Numbered from the stretch's first letter, positions 38,429 through 48,726 are shown. The stretch is DNA of 64,000 nt from Clostridia bacterium (GCA_017540175.1 JAFYBN010000031.1:7481-71480); one strand, 5' to 3'. The notes: generated from the sequence alone by a model not told the origin. Translations and numbers: made by a program.

Positions 38429-38560
38429 ACAGCGACTGTTCGGCGTGAACTGAATCGCGACTGTTCGGCGTGAACTGAACAGCGGCGGTTCGGCGTGAGC
38501 TGAACAGCGACTGTTCAGCGTGAACTGAATCGCGACTGTTCTGCGTGAACCGAACGGAGG
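38411..38560 (+). repeat. six tandem 25-bp palindromic repeats copying the glnA 3' end
   Basis: Unit ctgttcggcgtgaactgaacagcga at 38411, 38436, 38461, 38486, 38511 and 38536; no spacers. Confidence 0.95.
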
Positions 38561-38619
38561 CGCTTCGGCCCCGCCCGATCCGGCAAATAAACTTCAAATA
38601 AACTTAAGGAATAAGAATC

Positions 38620-40341
38620 ATGACATACTCATCCGTCAACACCATCTGGGTGCTGCTCGGCGCGGCGCTCGTCTTCTTCATGCAGGCCGGCTTCTCCATG
38701 TGCGAGGCAGGCTTCACCCGCGCGAAAAACACCGGCAACATCCTCATGAAAAACCTCATGGATTTCTGCATCGGAACCCCCGCCTTCTGGCTCGTGGGCT
38801 TCGGGCTCATGTTCGGCTCCGGCACGGCCCTCTTCGGACGGCTCGATCCCCTCATCATGGGGGACTACGCCGAAATCCTCCCCGCGGGCGTTCCGCTCTG
38901 GGCGTTCGCGATCTTCCAGACCGTCTTCTGCGCCACCTCGGCGACCATCGTCTCCGGCGCGATGGCGGAGCGGACGAAGTTCTCGGCATACTGCATCTAT
39001 TCCCTCTGCATCTCCCTCTTCATCTATCCCGTCTCCGGGCACTGGATCTGGGGCGGCGGGTGGCTCGCGGAACTCGGATTCCACGATTTCGCTGGTTCTA
39101 CCTGCGTCCACATGGTCGGCGGCGTGTGCGCGTGCATCGGCGCAGCGATCCTCGGTCCGCGCATCGGCAAGTACGGACGGGACGGCAAGCCGAAGGCGAT
39201 CCTCGGCCACAATCTGACCGTCGCCGCGCTCGGCGTGTTCATCCTCTGGTTCTGCTGGTTCGGCTTCAACGGGGCGTCCACCGTCGGCATGGATTCGGAC
39301 GAGCTCGTCGAAAGCGCGTCCCTCGTCTTCTTCAACACCAACCTCTGCGCAGCCGTCGCCTGCTGCACGACGCTCGTCATCACATGGATCCGCTACAAAA
39401 AGCCGGACGTTTCGATGACCTACAACGCGGCGCTCGCAGGCCTGGTCGGCATCACGGCGGGATGCGACGCGGTCTCTCCCGTCGGCGCGGCAGTCATGGG
39501 TCTCTGCTTCGGCGCGGTGATCGTCTTCTCCGTGGAGTTCTTCGACAAGATCGCGAAGATCGACGACCCGGTCGGCGCGATCTCCGTGCACGGGATCTGC
39601 GGCGCGCTCGGCACGATCCTCACCGGTCTCTTCGCGACAGGCGTCTCGACCGAAAAGGGGCTGTTCTACGGCGGGGGAGCGCATTTCCTCGGCGTGCAGA
39701 CCCTCGGCGTCGTCTCCGTTGCGGCCTATGTGGCTGCCATGATCACCGTCGTCTTCTTCATCCTCAAAAAGACCGTCGGGCTGAGAGCCGATCCGGTCGA
39801 CGAGATCCAGGGGCTTGATGTTTCGGAGCACGGGCTTCTCACCGCCTACGCGGGATTCGCCATGGCGCCCGATACCGCCAGCCTCGATCCGGAATCCTCC
39901 CCCGCGCCCGTTCTGGTGACGGGGGACACCCCGCCCGCCGAGGCGGTGGAGGTGAAGCGCGTTCCCTCCTTCGACGACGGACGCCCGAAATTCACGAAAA
40001 TCGAAATCATCTGCAAGGAAAGCCGTTTTGAATCGCTCAAGAACGCCATGACCGATCTCGGCATCACCGGCATGACCGTTTCCCACGTCCTCGGCTGCGG
40101 ACAGCAGAAGGGACGGACGGAATACTACCGCGGCGTCGCGGTGGAGGCGACGCTGCTGCCGAAGGTTCAGGTGGACATCGTCGTCTCGAAGATCCCGGTG
40201 CGCGCCGTGATCGAGACCGCGAAAAAGACGCTTTACACCGGGCACATCGGCGACGGCAAGATCTTCGTCTATGACGTGGAGAACGTCGTGAAGGTGCGCA
40301 CGGGCGAGGAAGGCTACGACGCCCTGCAGGATGTGGAGTAA
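38620..40341 (+). CDS. amtB: ammonium transporter fused to a C-terminal PII (GlnK/GlnB) domain
   Basis: FFMQAGF..E.G, SGAMAER, DFAGSTCVH, LWFCWFGFNG, DDPVGAISVHG; then ITGMTVS..G.G.QKG.TEYYRG..LLPKV..TGHIGDGKIFV..VRTGE in the same frame. Confidence 0.95.
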   Translation: MTYSSVNTIWVLLGAALVFFMQAGFSMCEAGFTRAKNTGNILMKNLMDFCIGTPAFWLVGFGLMFGSGTALFGRLDPLIMGDYAEILPAGVPLWAFAIFQTVFCATSATIVSGAMAERTKFSAYCIYSLCISLFIYPVSGHWIWGGGWLAELGFHDFAGSTCVHMVGGVCACIGAAILGPRIGKYGRDGKPKAILGHNLTVAALGVFILWFCWFGFNGASTVGMDSDELVESASLVFFNTNLCAAVACCTTLVITWIRYKKPDVSMTYNAALAGLVGITAGCDAVSPVGAAVMGLCFGAVIVFSVEFFDKIAKIDDPVGAISVHGICGALGTILTGLFATGVSTEKGLFYGGGAHFLGVQTLGVVSVAAYVAAMITVVFFILKKTVGLRADPVDEIQGLDVSEHGLLTAYAGFAMAPDTASLDPESSPAPVLVTGDTPPAEAVEVKRVPSFDDGRPKFTKIEIICKESRFESLKNAMTDLGITGMTVSHVLGCGQQKGRTEYYRGVAVEATLLPKVQVDIVVSKIPVRAVIETAKKTLYTGHIGDGKIFVYDVENVVKVRTGEEGYDALQDVE

Positions 40342-40344
40342 GCT

Positions 40345-41940
40345 ATGTGTTCCATTATGACCGCCTGCCGCTCCTCCGTCAGCGAAGACGAATTTCTGAA
40401 AGGCTTTGAACAAACGAAATCCCGCGGGCCGGACGATTCCCGCGTGATCGAGATCGGAGACGTCGTCATGGCGTTCCACCGTCTCGCGATCATGGGGCTG
40501 ACCCCCGCGGGGATGCAGCCCTTCGTGCGCGGCGGATGCGCGCTCGTCTGCAACGGGGAGATCTACGGCTTCCGCGCTCTGAAAAAGGAGCTCGCCGAAA
40601 AGGGCTATTCGTTCGAGAGCGATTCGGACTGCGAGATCCTGCTCCCCCTGTGGTTCGAGCACGGGGTCGGCATGTTCCCCCTGCTCGACGCGGAATTCGC
40701 GCTGATCCTTTACGACGGACGGACAAACTCGCTCGTCGCGGCGCGGGATCCCATCGGGATCCGCCCCCTGTACTACGGGTACGGGCGGGACGGAAAGATC
40801 CTCTTCGCGAGCGAGGCGAAAAACCTCGTCGGGCTGACGGAGGAGATACGCCCCTTCCCGCCGGGACACTATTACAAGGACGGCTCGTTCGTGCGCTACC
40901 GCGACATGACCGCGGTGAAATCCGTGCACCACGGCTCCCTTGACGAGATCTGCACCGCTATCCGCGAAAAGCTCGTCGCGGGCGTGGAGAAGCGCCTCGT
41001 GTCGGACGCGAAGGTCGGGTTCCTGCTCTCCGGCGGACTCGATTCCTCGCTGGTCTGCGCCATTGCCGCCCGCGCGTCGGACGAGCACGGTCACAAGCCG
41101 ATCCGCACCTTCGCCATCGGCATGGAGGGCGACGCGATCGATCTGAAATACGCGCGTCAGGCCGCGGACTTCCTCGGCAGCGAGCACACCGAGGTCACCA
41201 TGACGCGGGAGGAGGTGCTCGCCTCCCTCGAGGACGTCGTCGCCCTGCTCGGAACGTGGGACATCACCACGATCCGCGCGAGTATGGGCATGTACCTCGT
41301 GTGCAAAGCGATCCACGAGACGACCGATATCCGCGTACTGCTCACGGGCGAGATCTCCGACGAGCTCTTCGGCTACAAATACACCGACTTCGCGCCGTCC
41401 CCCGAGGCGTTTCAGAAGGAAGCGGAAAAGCGGATCCGTGAGCTGCACGCCTACGACGTGCTCCGCGCGGACCGGTGCATTTCGGTCAACTCCCTCGAGG
41501 CGCGCGTCCCGTTCGGCGATCTCGATTTCGTCGAGTACGTCATGTCGGTCGATCCCGCGCTCAAGATGAACAAATACGGCAAGGGGAAATACCTGCTGCG
41601 CCGGGCGTTCGCCGAGGGGAACTGGCTGCCGGACGGGATCCTGTGGCGCGAAAAAGCCGCGTTCTCGGACGCGGTGGGGCACTCCATGGTGGACGACCTG
41701 AAGGAATACGCCGAGTCCCTCTACACGGACGCGGAATTCGAAGAAAAGCGGCAGGCATACGAATACTGCCCGCCGTTCACGAAGGAATCCCTGCTCTACC
41801 GCGAGCTTTTCGAGAAGCACTACCCCGGCCAGGCGGGCATGATCCCGGACTACTGGATGCCGAACAAGACGTGGCGGGGCTGCGACGTGAACGACCCGTC
41901 TGCCCGCGTTCTGTCCAATTATGGAGCCAGCGGAACCTGA
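40345..41940 (+). CDS. asnB: asparagine synthase (glutamine-hydrolysing)
   Basis: MCSI, RGPD, FHRLAIM, NGEIY, ARDPIGIRPLY, LLSGGLDSS, GEISDELFGY, EARVPF. Confidence 0.95.
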   Translation: MCSIMTACRSSVSEDEFLKGFEQTKSRGPDDSRVIEIGDVVMAFHRLAIMGLTPAGMQPFVRGGCALVCNGEIYGFRALKKELAEKGYSFESDSDCEILLPLWFEHGVGMFPLLDAEFALILYDGRTNSLVAARDPIGIRPLYYGYGRDGKILFASEAKNLVGLTEEIRPFPPGHYYKDGSFVRYRDMTAVKSVHHGSLDEICTAIREKLVAGVEKRLVSDAKVGFLLSGGLDSSLVCAIAARASDEHGHKPIRTFAIGMEGDAIDLKYARQAADFLGSEHTEVTMTREEVLASLEDVVALLGTWDITTIRASMGMYLVCKAIHETTDIRVLLTGEISDELFGYKYTDFAPSPEAFQKEAEKRIRELHAYDVLRADRCISVNSLEARVPFGDLDFVEYVMSVDPALKMNKYGKGKYLLRRAFAEGNWLPDGILWREKAAFSDAVGHSMVDDLKEYAESLYTDAEFEEKRQAYEYCPPFTKESLLYRELFEKHYPGQAGMIPDYWMPNKTWRGCDVNDPSARVLSNYGASGT

Positions 41941-42053
41941 CCGCAGGACGCCGCGTTCCGCGCCCAACTGCGGAGCCGGCGGAACATAACCGCAGAACGC
42001 CGCGTTCCGCGCCCAACTGCGGAGCCGGCGGGACATGACCGCAGAACGCCGCG
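41903..42053 (+). repeat. about three tandem 49-bp repeats spanning the asnB stop codon
   Basis: ggagcc(a/g)gcgg.ac.t.accgcag.acgccgcg recurs at 41923, 41972 and 42021. Confidence 0.9.
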
Positions 42054-42183
42054 GGCGCGAACCGCGGGGAGGGCGTGACACGACCTGCCGGAGGCGCCGG
42101 GCAGCCGGGGACGGACTTGCCTTCCCCCCGGAAATACGGCCGCGGCACGGAAAAGAATAATAAGATCAACGAGAGGATCGGAT

Positions 42184-42933
42184 ATGTTTGACGCTCTCAA
42201 GACAAAAAATGAATGTGTCCGGTGGATACGGGACTTCTTTCACGAAAACGGGGAAGGCTGTCCCGCCGTCGTCGGCATCTCCGGGGGCAAGGACAGCTCC
42301 GTCACCGCCGCCCTCTGCGCCGAGGCGCTCGGCAAGGACCGCGTGATCGGCGTGCTGATGCCGAACGGCGAACAGTCCGACATCGCCTTCGCCGAGCTGC
42401 TCGTGAGGCATCTCGGCATCCAAAGCTATACCGTCAACATCCGCTCCGCGGTGGAGGGCGTGCGGGACAGCATCCCCTTTCCCCTCTCCCGGCAGAGCGA
42501 AATCAACCTACCGGCCCGCATCCGCATGGCGACTCTCTATGCTGTCTCCCAGTGCTTCGGCGGGCGCGTGGCGAACACCTGCAACCTGTCGGAGGACTGG
42601 GTCGGCTACGCCACCCGGTACGGCGACGGCGCGGGGGATTTCAGCCCCCTGTCCCGACTGACGGTGCGCGAGGTCAAGGCGATCGGGCGCTTGCTCGGTC
42701 TGCCGGAGGAACTGGTGGAGAAGCCCCCGTCCGACGGACTGACCGGAAAAACGGATGAGGACAATCTCGGCTTTACCTACGAGGAGCTCGACTCCTATAT
42801 CCGGGATGGGGTCATGGACGACGCGGAAAAGAAGGAGAGGATCGACCGGCTGCACCGGAGGAATCTCTTCAAGCTCCGTCCCATGCCCGCGTTTGATCCC
42901 GGAATCGGGGTCTCGGAGGCGGCTGAGTCTTGA
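42184..42933 (+). CDS. nadE: NAD+ synthase (single domain, NH3-dependent)
   Basis: GISGGKDSS, NLPARIRM, TCNLSE..GY.T.YGD, KPPSDGL..TDEDNLG. Confidence 0.95.
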   Translation: MFDALKTKNECVRWIRDFFHENGEGCPAVVGISGGKDSSVTAALCAEALGKDRVIGVLMPNGEQSDIAFAELLVRHLGIQSYTVNIRSAVEGVRDSIPFPLSRQSEINLPARIRMATLYAVSQCFGGRVANTCNLSEDWVGYATRYGDGAGDFSPLSRLTVREVKAIGRLLGLPEELVEKPPSDGLTGKTDEDNLGFTYEELDSYIRDGVMDDAEKKERIDRLHRRNLFKLRPMPAFDPGIGVSEAAES

Positions 42934-44369
42934 GCATCCATGAAGAATGCGGCGTGTTCGGCGTGATCTCCCCTGAGCCGACGAACGCCGCGGCCCTTTC
43001 GTATTACGGGCTGTACGCGCTCCAGCACCGGGGACAGGAATCCTGCGGGATCGTGGTCGGGGACGACGGGGTCTTTGTTTCAAAAAAGGACATCGGGCTG
43101 TTGAGCGAGGTCTTCCCGCCCTCCTCCCTCGGGACCTTTCCGCGCGGAACGATGGCGGTCGGACATGTGCGCTACGCCACGACGGGGGCGGGGAGCCGGG
43201 CGAACTGCCAGCCCATCGAGGTCAACCACATCAAGGGCCGGATGGCGCTCGCCCACAACGGAAATCTGGCGAACGCCGCGGAGCTGAGGCGGGAGCTCGA
43301 GCTCTCCGGGGCGATTTTTCACACCACCTCCGACACGGAGACCATCGCGTCCGTCATCATCCGCAAGCGGCTCGTCACGCCCTCCATCGAGGACGCGCTT
43401 TCCGCCGCAGTACCGACGCTCGACGGGGCGTATTCCCTCGTGCTCATGTCGCCGCAGAAGCTCCTCTGCTGCCGGGATCCCCACGGCTTCCGTCCCCTCT
43501 GTTATGGGAGAACAAAGGACGGGATTTATGTCGCCGCGTCGGAGTCCTGCGCCTTGAGAGCCGTCGGCGCGGATTTCGTGCGGGACGTCGAGCCCGGCGA
43601 GATCCTCGTTTTCCGGCGGGAGAACGGAGCGGTCACCGTGGAGTCGCGGCGGGAACACTGCGGCACGGCGCCGCGGCGTTTCTGCGTCTTCGAGTATATT
43701 TATTTCGCGCGTCCGGACTCCGTGATCGACGGGATATCCGTTCAGCGGGCGCGGAAAAAGGCCGGGATGCTCCTCGCCGAAAGCTGTCCGGCGGACGCGG
43801 ATATCGTCATCGGCGTTCCGGACTCCGGGCTGGACGCCGCGCTCGGTTTCGCGCAGCGCTCCGGCATCCCCTACGGGATCGGACTCATCAAAAACAAGTA
43901 CATCGGGCGCACGTTCATCTCTCCCGGAGAGGAGGAACGCTTCGATCAGGTGAAAATCAAGCTCTCCGCAGTAGAGGAAAGCGTGCGGGGCCAACGCGTG
44001 GTGTTGATCGACGACTCGATCGTCCGCGGCACGACGAGCGGCAGGATCGTCGGTCTTCTCCGCGAGGCGGGCGCGGCCCAGGTCCACATGCGCATCTCCT
44101 CGCCGCCCTTCATCGCCCCCTGCTATTACGGGACGGACGTCGACTCGAAGGAACACCTGATCGCCTGCCGCTGTTCGGTTTCCGAGATCGCGCGTCAGAT
44201 CGGCGCGGATTCACTCGGCTACCTGCCGCCCGAAGCCCTCGCGGAGATGGCGGACGGGCACGGGATCTGCTCCGCCTGCTTCGACGAGCGTTACCCCACG
44301 AAAATCCCGGCCGACACGCGCAAAGACCGGTTTGAACAGAAAATCAGCGCGGCGGGAGGTCCGTCATGA
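42930..44369 (+). CDS. purF: amidophosphoribosyltransferase
   Basis: HEECGVFG, LQHRGQE, GHVRY.T, HNGN, FEYIYFARPDS, VPDSG, IDDSIVRGTT; TTGA overlap. Confidence 0.96.
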   Translation: MSIHEECGVFGVISPEPTNAAALSYYGLYALQHRGQESCGIVVGDDGVFVSKKDIGLLSEVFPPSSLGTFPRGTMAVGHVRYATTGAGSRANCQPIEVNHIKGRMALAHNGNLANAAELRRELELSGAIFHTTSDTETIASVIIRKRLVTPSIEDALSAAVPTLDGAYSLVLMSPQKLLCCRDPHGFRPLCYGRTKDGIYVAASESCALRAVGADFVRDVEPGEILVFRRENGAVTVESRREHCGTAPRRFCVFEYIYFARPDSVIDGISVQRARKKAGMLLAESCPADADIVIGVPDSGLDAALGFAQRSGIPYGIGLIKNKYIGRTFISPGEEERFDQVKIKLSAVEESVRGQRVVLIDDSIVRGTTSGRIVGLLREAGAAQVHMRISSPPFIAPCYYGTDVDSKEHLIACRCSVSEIARQIGADSLGYLPPEALAEMADGHGICSACFDERYPTKIPADTRKDRFEQKISAAGGPS

Positions 44370-45478
44370 ATCCGAACACAAGAAAGCTCGTCACCGAGGA
44401 CGGGCAGATCTATACAGGCACAGGCTTCGGCGCGGCGCTGCAGAACGGCGTTTCCGCGCCTTTCGAGCTTGTATTCAACACCTCCATGGCGGGGTATCAG
44501 GAAATCGTATCGGACCCGTCCTATACCGATCAGGGCGTGGTTTTTTCCTATCCGCTGATCGGCAATTACGGGCTGAACCGTGACGACGACGAATCCGCCG
44601 CCCGTTATCTCTCCGCCGTGCTCGTGCGGGAGGCGTGTACCGCGCCGTCAAACTTCCGCTGCCTCGAAAGTTTTTCGGACGCGCTTGAGGCGTCCGGCGT
44701 CCCGGGTCTCGAAGGGATCGACACCCGATGCCTCGTGCGCTCGATCCGGGACGGAGGCAGCCGGCGCGCCGTGCTTGCGGACGCGGACACTCCGGCGGAG
44801 GACTGCCTGCGCGTCATCCGCGAGACCCCGGTCCCGCGCGACGCCGTATCCCGCGTCAGCCCGAAGGGGATCACGTCCGTGCCCGCGCGGGGAGAAGAGC
44901 GCTTTACGGTAGCCGCGGTGGACTGCGGGATGAAGGAAAACATCGTCCGCTCGCTCGCCGCCCTCGGGTGCCGCGTGATCCGCGTTCCGTGGGACACGCC
45001 GGCGGAGAAGATCATGGAATTTCGTCCCGACGGGGTATTCTTCTCAAACGGTCCCGGGGACCCGGAGGACGTGCCGCAGACCGCGCGGACTGCGCGGGCT
45101 CTGCGCGGGCGCGTTCCGATCTTCGGGATCTGCCTCGGGCATCAGATCCTCGCCCTCGCCTGCGGGGCGCGGACCTACAAGCTGAAATTCGGGCACCGCG
45201 GCGGCAACCACCCGGTGAAGAACCTTCTGAACGGGAAAATCGAAATCACCTCGCAGAACCATTCCTACGCCGTGGACGCGCAAAGCGTTGCGGGGACGGG
45301 GCTCTCCGTCACGCACGTGAATCTGCTCGACGGCACGGTGGAAGGGGTCGCCGCGGCGGAGGACCGGCTCTTTTCCGTGCAGTACCACCCCGAAAGCGCG
45401 CCGGGTCCGGTGGACAGCGAATACCTATTCAAGGATTTCATCCGAGCGATGGAGGCGTTGTATGCCGAAAAGAGATGA
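44366..45478 (+). CDS. carA: carbamoyl-phosphate synthase small subunit
   Basis: ELVFNTSM.GYQE..SDPSY, SNGPGDP, GICLGHQ, GHRGGNHPV, SQNH, QYHPE. Confidence 0.97.
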   Translation: MNPNTRKLVTEDGQIYTGTGFGAALQNGVSAPFELVFNTSMAGYQEIVSDPSYTDQGVVFSYPLIGNYGLNRDDDESAARYLSAVLVREACTAPSNFRCLESFSDALEASGVPGLEGIDTRCLVRSIRDGGSRRAVLADADTPAEDCLRVIRETPVPRDAVSRVSPKGITSVPARGEERFTVAAVDCGMKENIVRSLAALGCRVIRVPWDTPAEKIMEFRPDGVFFSNGPGDPEDVPQTARTARALRGRVPIFGICLGHQILALACGARTYKLKFGHRGGNHPVKNLLNGKIEITSQNHSYAVDAQSVAGTGLSVTHVNLLDGTVEGVAAAEDRLFSVQYHPESAPGPVDSEYLFKDFIRAMEALYAEKR

Positions 45479-48400
45479 CATTCACAAAATCATGGTGATC
45501 GGATCCGGTCCCATCGTCATCGGACAGGCGGCGGAATTCGACTACGCCGGAACGCAGGCCTGTCTCGCCCTCCGTGAGGAGGGATACGAGGTCGTCCTCG
45601 TCAATTCCAATCCCGCGACGATCATGACGGACACGGAGATCGCCGACCGGGTCTATATGGAGCCGCTGACCCTCGAATTCGCTGCGCGCGTCCTGCGCAC
45701 CGAGCGCCCGGACGCCATTCTGCCCGGCATCGGCGGGCAGACGGGGCTGAACCTCGCTGTCCAGCTGGACAAAAAAGGGATCCTCGCCGAATGCAGGGTC
45801 GAACTGCTCGGCACGAGGAGAGAGGCGATCGAGGAGGCGGAGGACCGCGAGCGCTTCAAGGCTCTGTGCGTGCGGCTCGGCGAGCCGGTTCTGCCCTCGG
45901 CGGTGGCACATACCGTCGGCGAAGGTATCGGGATCGCGCGGGAGATCGGATATCCCGTCGTGCTCCGTCCGGCGTTCACGCTCGGCGGCACAGGCGGGGG
46001 ATTCGCGGAAAACGAAGCGGAGCTTATTCCCCTGCTCGAGCGCGGGCTGGAGCTCTCGCCCGTGACCGAGGTTCTTGTTGAGCGGAGCGTCAAGGGGTAT
46101 AAAGAAATCGAATTCGAGGTCGTGCGGGACAAAAACGACACCGCCGTCGCCGTCTGCCACATGGAGAACATCGACCCCGTGGGCATCCACACCGGGGATT
46201 CCGCGGTCGTCGCGCCCTGCCAGACCCTCGCGAACCGGGAGCTTCAGCTTCTGCGCTCGGCGGCGCTGAGGATCATCCGCGCGCTCGGCGTGGAGGGCGG
46301 CTGCAACGTGCAGTTCGCGCTGGACCCGGATTCGTTCCGGTACTATGTGATCGAGGTCAATCCGCGCGTATCCCGTTCCTCCGCGCTCGCGTCGAAGGCG
46401 TCGGGTTATCCCATCGCGCGGGTCTCGGCGAAGATCGGCGTGGGGATGACGCTCGACGAGATCCCCCTCGCGAACACCCCGGCGTGCTTCGAGCCCTCGC
46501 TCGACTATGTGGTGACGAAGCTGCCGCGCTTCCCCTTCGACAAATTCTCCGACGCGGACCACCGGCTCGGCACGCAGATGAAGGCGACGGGCGAGGTCAT
46601 GAGCGTCGGGCGCACCTTCGAGGAAAGCCTGCTCAAGGCGGTGCGATCCCTTGAGACGGGGCACGACCACCTGTGGGCGGAGAAATTCGACGCCGTGCCG
46701 ACGGAAGACCTGCTCGCGCAGATCGCGGACGGCACGGAGGACCGCCTCTTCCTGCTTGCGGAGCTCTGCCGCCGGGATATGGACACGGAAGAGCTGCACC
46801 GCCGCACCGGGATCGACCGCTTCTTTCTCGAAAAGATCAAAGAGATCACGGAAACGGAACGCATTCTCGGGAAAGCCCCCTTTGACCCTGCGAGTCTGCG
46901 CGCGGCGAAGCGCCGCGGCTTTTCGGACCGCGCGGTCGCGCGGCTTTGGGGAACGGACGAGAAGTCGGTCCGCGCCGCGCGTCTTGAGCACGGGATCGTG
47001 CCGGTCTACAAGATGATCGACACCTGCGCCTCGGAGTTTGAAAGCTATGTGCCCTACTTCTATTCGACCTACGAGGAAGAAAACGAATCCGTCGTATCGG
47101 ATAAAAAGAAGATCCTCGTGCTCGGCTCCGGTCCCATCCGCATCGGGCAGGGCGTGGAGTTCGACTATTCCACCGTCCGCGCCGTGAAGACCATCCGCGC
47201 GGCGGGCTGCGAGGCGATCATCATCAACAACAATCCGGAAACCGTCTCCACGGACTACACCTGCTCCGACAAGCTCTATTTCGAGCCGCTGACCCCGGAG
47301 GACGTCATGAACGTCGTACAGCTCGAAAAGCCCTTCGGCGTGATCGCCACCCTCGGCGGGCAGACCGCGGTCAACCTCGCCGACCCGCTCGCGGAAATGG
47401 GCGTCCCGATCATCGGCACGAGCCGCGCCGCCATCGACCGGGCGGAGGACCGGGACGAATTCGAGCGGCTGCTGCTCGGGCTCGGCATCCCCCAGCCCGC
47501 GGGCAGGGCGGTGACTTCGGTGGAGGAAGGGCTCGCGGCGGCGCGGGAGATCGGCTATCCCGTTCTCGTGCGGCCGTCCTTCGTGCTCGGCGGGCGCGCC
47601 ATGCAGATCGTGGCGAAGGAAGAGGAAATGTCCCGCTATCTGAGAGAGGCCGTCGAGATCGACGCGGAAAAGCCCGTGCTCGTCGACCGCTACATCCGCG
47701 GCAAGGAGGTCGAGGTGGACGCGGTGTGCGACGGGCGGGACGTGTTTGTCCCCGGCATCATGGAGCTGGTGGAGCGCACGGGCGTGCATTCCGGCGATTC
47801 GATCTCCGTCTATCCTGCCTTCTCCCTCTCGGACAGGGTCAAGGGCGTTCTGCTCGATTACGCGAAAAAGCTCGGGGTGGGCATCGGGATCGTGGGGCTT
47901 TACAACATTCAGTTCATCGTGACCCCGCGGGATGAGGTCTACGTCATCGAGGTGAACCCCCGCTCGTCCCGGACGGTCCCCTTCCTGTCGAAGGCGACGG
48001 GGCAGCAGCTCGCGGACATCGGGACACGGGTCATGCTCGGCGTCTCGCTGAAGGAACAGGGCATCTTTTCGGAGTATCCGGAGGAGAAAAAACGGCATTA
48101 TGTGAAGGTCCCGGTGTTCTCCTTCTCGAAGCTCACGGGCATGGACGCCTACCTCTCCCCGGAAATGAAATCCACGGGCGAGGCGATCGGATACGACGAC
48201 AAGCTGCACCGCGCGATGTACAAGGCCCTCGTCGCCTCCGGGATGCGGGTTTCGAATTACGGCACGGTGCTCTTCGCGCTCGCCGACGAGGACAAAGCGG
48301 AGGCCCTTCCCCTCGCGCGCCGATTCGCGGCGATGGGCTTCAACATCGAAGCGTCGTCCCTCACCGCCGAGGTCTTTCAGAAAAACGGCATCCGGACGCG

Positions 48401-48644
48401 TCTTCTGCGCAAGCCGAGCGAGGGCTCTGAGGAGCTTCTCGACGCGATCCGCGCGGGATATGTGAGCTATGTGGTGAACACCCGCGCGATCCTCTCCGGC
48501 ATCCACTACGGCGACGGCGCGAAGATCCGCCGCTGCGCCGCCCAGAACGGCGTCACGATCCTCACCTCGCTCGACACGGTGCGGATGCTGCTCGACGTGC
48601 TCGAGGAAATGACGATGAGCATCTCGACGATCGACGCGGAATGA
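45462..48644 (+). CDS. carB: carbamoyl-phosphate synthase large subunit
   Basis: MPKRDDI..GSGPIVIGQAAEFDYAG, two ATP-grasp halves and a C-terminal MGS domain. Confidence 0.98.
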   Translation: MPKRDDIHKIMVIGSGPIVIGQAAEFDYAGTQACLALREEGYEVVLVNSNPATIMTDTEIADRVYMEPLTLEFAARVLRTERPDAILPGIGGQTGLNLAVQLDKKGILAECRVELLGTRREAIEEAEDRERFKALCVRLGEPVLPSAVAHTVGEGIGIAREIGYPVVLRPAFTLGGTGGGFAENEAELIPLLERGLELSPVTEVLVERSVKGYKEIEFEVVRDKNDTAVAVCHMENIDPVGIHTGDSAVVAPCQTLANRELQLLRSAALRIIRALGVEGGCNVQFALDPDSFRYYVIEVNPRVSRSSALASKASGYPIARVSAKIGVGMTLDEIPLANTPACFEPSLDYVVTKLPRFPFDKFSDADHRLGTQMKATGEVMSVGRTFEESLLKAVRSLETGHDHLWAEKFDAVPTEDLLAQIADGTEDRLFLLAELCRRDMDTEELHRRTGIDRFFLEKIKEITETERILGKAPFDPASLRAAKRRGFSDRAVARLWGTDEKSVRAARLEHGIVPVYKMIDTCASEFESYVPYFYSTYEEENESVVSDKKKILVLGSGPIRIGQGVEFDYSTVRAVKTIRAAGCEAIIINNNPETVSTDYTCSDKLYFEPLTPEDVMNVVQLEKPFGVIATLGGQTAVNLADPLAEMGVPIIGTSRAAIDRAEDRDEFERLLLGLGIPQPAGRAVTSVEEGLAAAREIGYPVLVRPSFVLGGRAMQIVAKEEEMSRYLREAVEIDAEKPVLVDRYIRGKEVEVDAVCDGRDVFVPGIMELVERTGVHSGDSISVYPAFSLSDRVKGVLLDYAKKLGVGIGIVGLYNIQFIVTPRDEVYVIEVNPRSSRTVPFLSKATGQQLADIGTRVMLGVSLKEQGIFSEYPEEKKRHYVKVPVFSFSKLTGMDAYLSPEMKSTGEAIGYDDKLHRAMYKALVASGMRVSNYGTVLFALADEDKAEALPLARRFAAMGFNIEASSLTAEVFQKNGIRTRLLRKPSEGSEELLDAIRAGYVSYVVNTRAILSGIHYGDGAKIRRCAAQNGVTILTSLDTVRMLLDVLEEMTMSISTIDAE

Positions 48645-48726
48645 GAAGCGTCAGAGAGCGGCTTTCTTCTCAAAGAAAGCCCCGCAGGGAGCATTCATAA
48701 AAAAACTCAAAGAACAGGAGCGCGGC

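Noticed and set aside
38411-38560. CRISPR array
   Set aside because: Units are directly adjacent with no unique spacers, the first unit is coding sequence, and no cas genes are nearby.
38584-38605. 11-bp direct repeat caaataaactt x2 before amtB as an operator
   Set aside because: No adjacent promoter seen; equally explained by slippage in an A-rich translation enhancer.
38629-42081. 1150-aa minus-strand ORF
   Set aside because: Antisense shadow of amtB and asnB caused by high-GC codon bias; no motifs.
45438-48506. 1022-aa minus-strand ORF
   Set aside because: Antisense shadow of carB.
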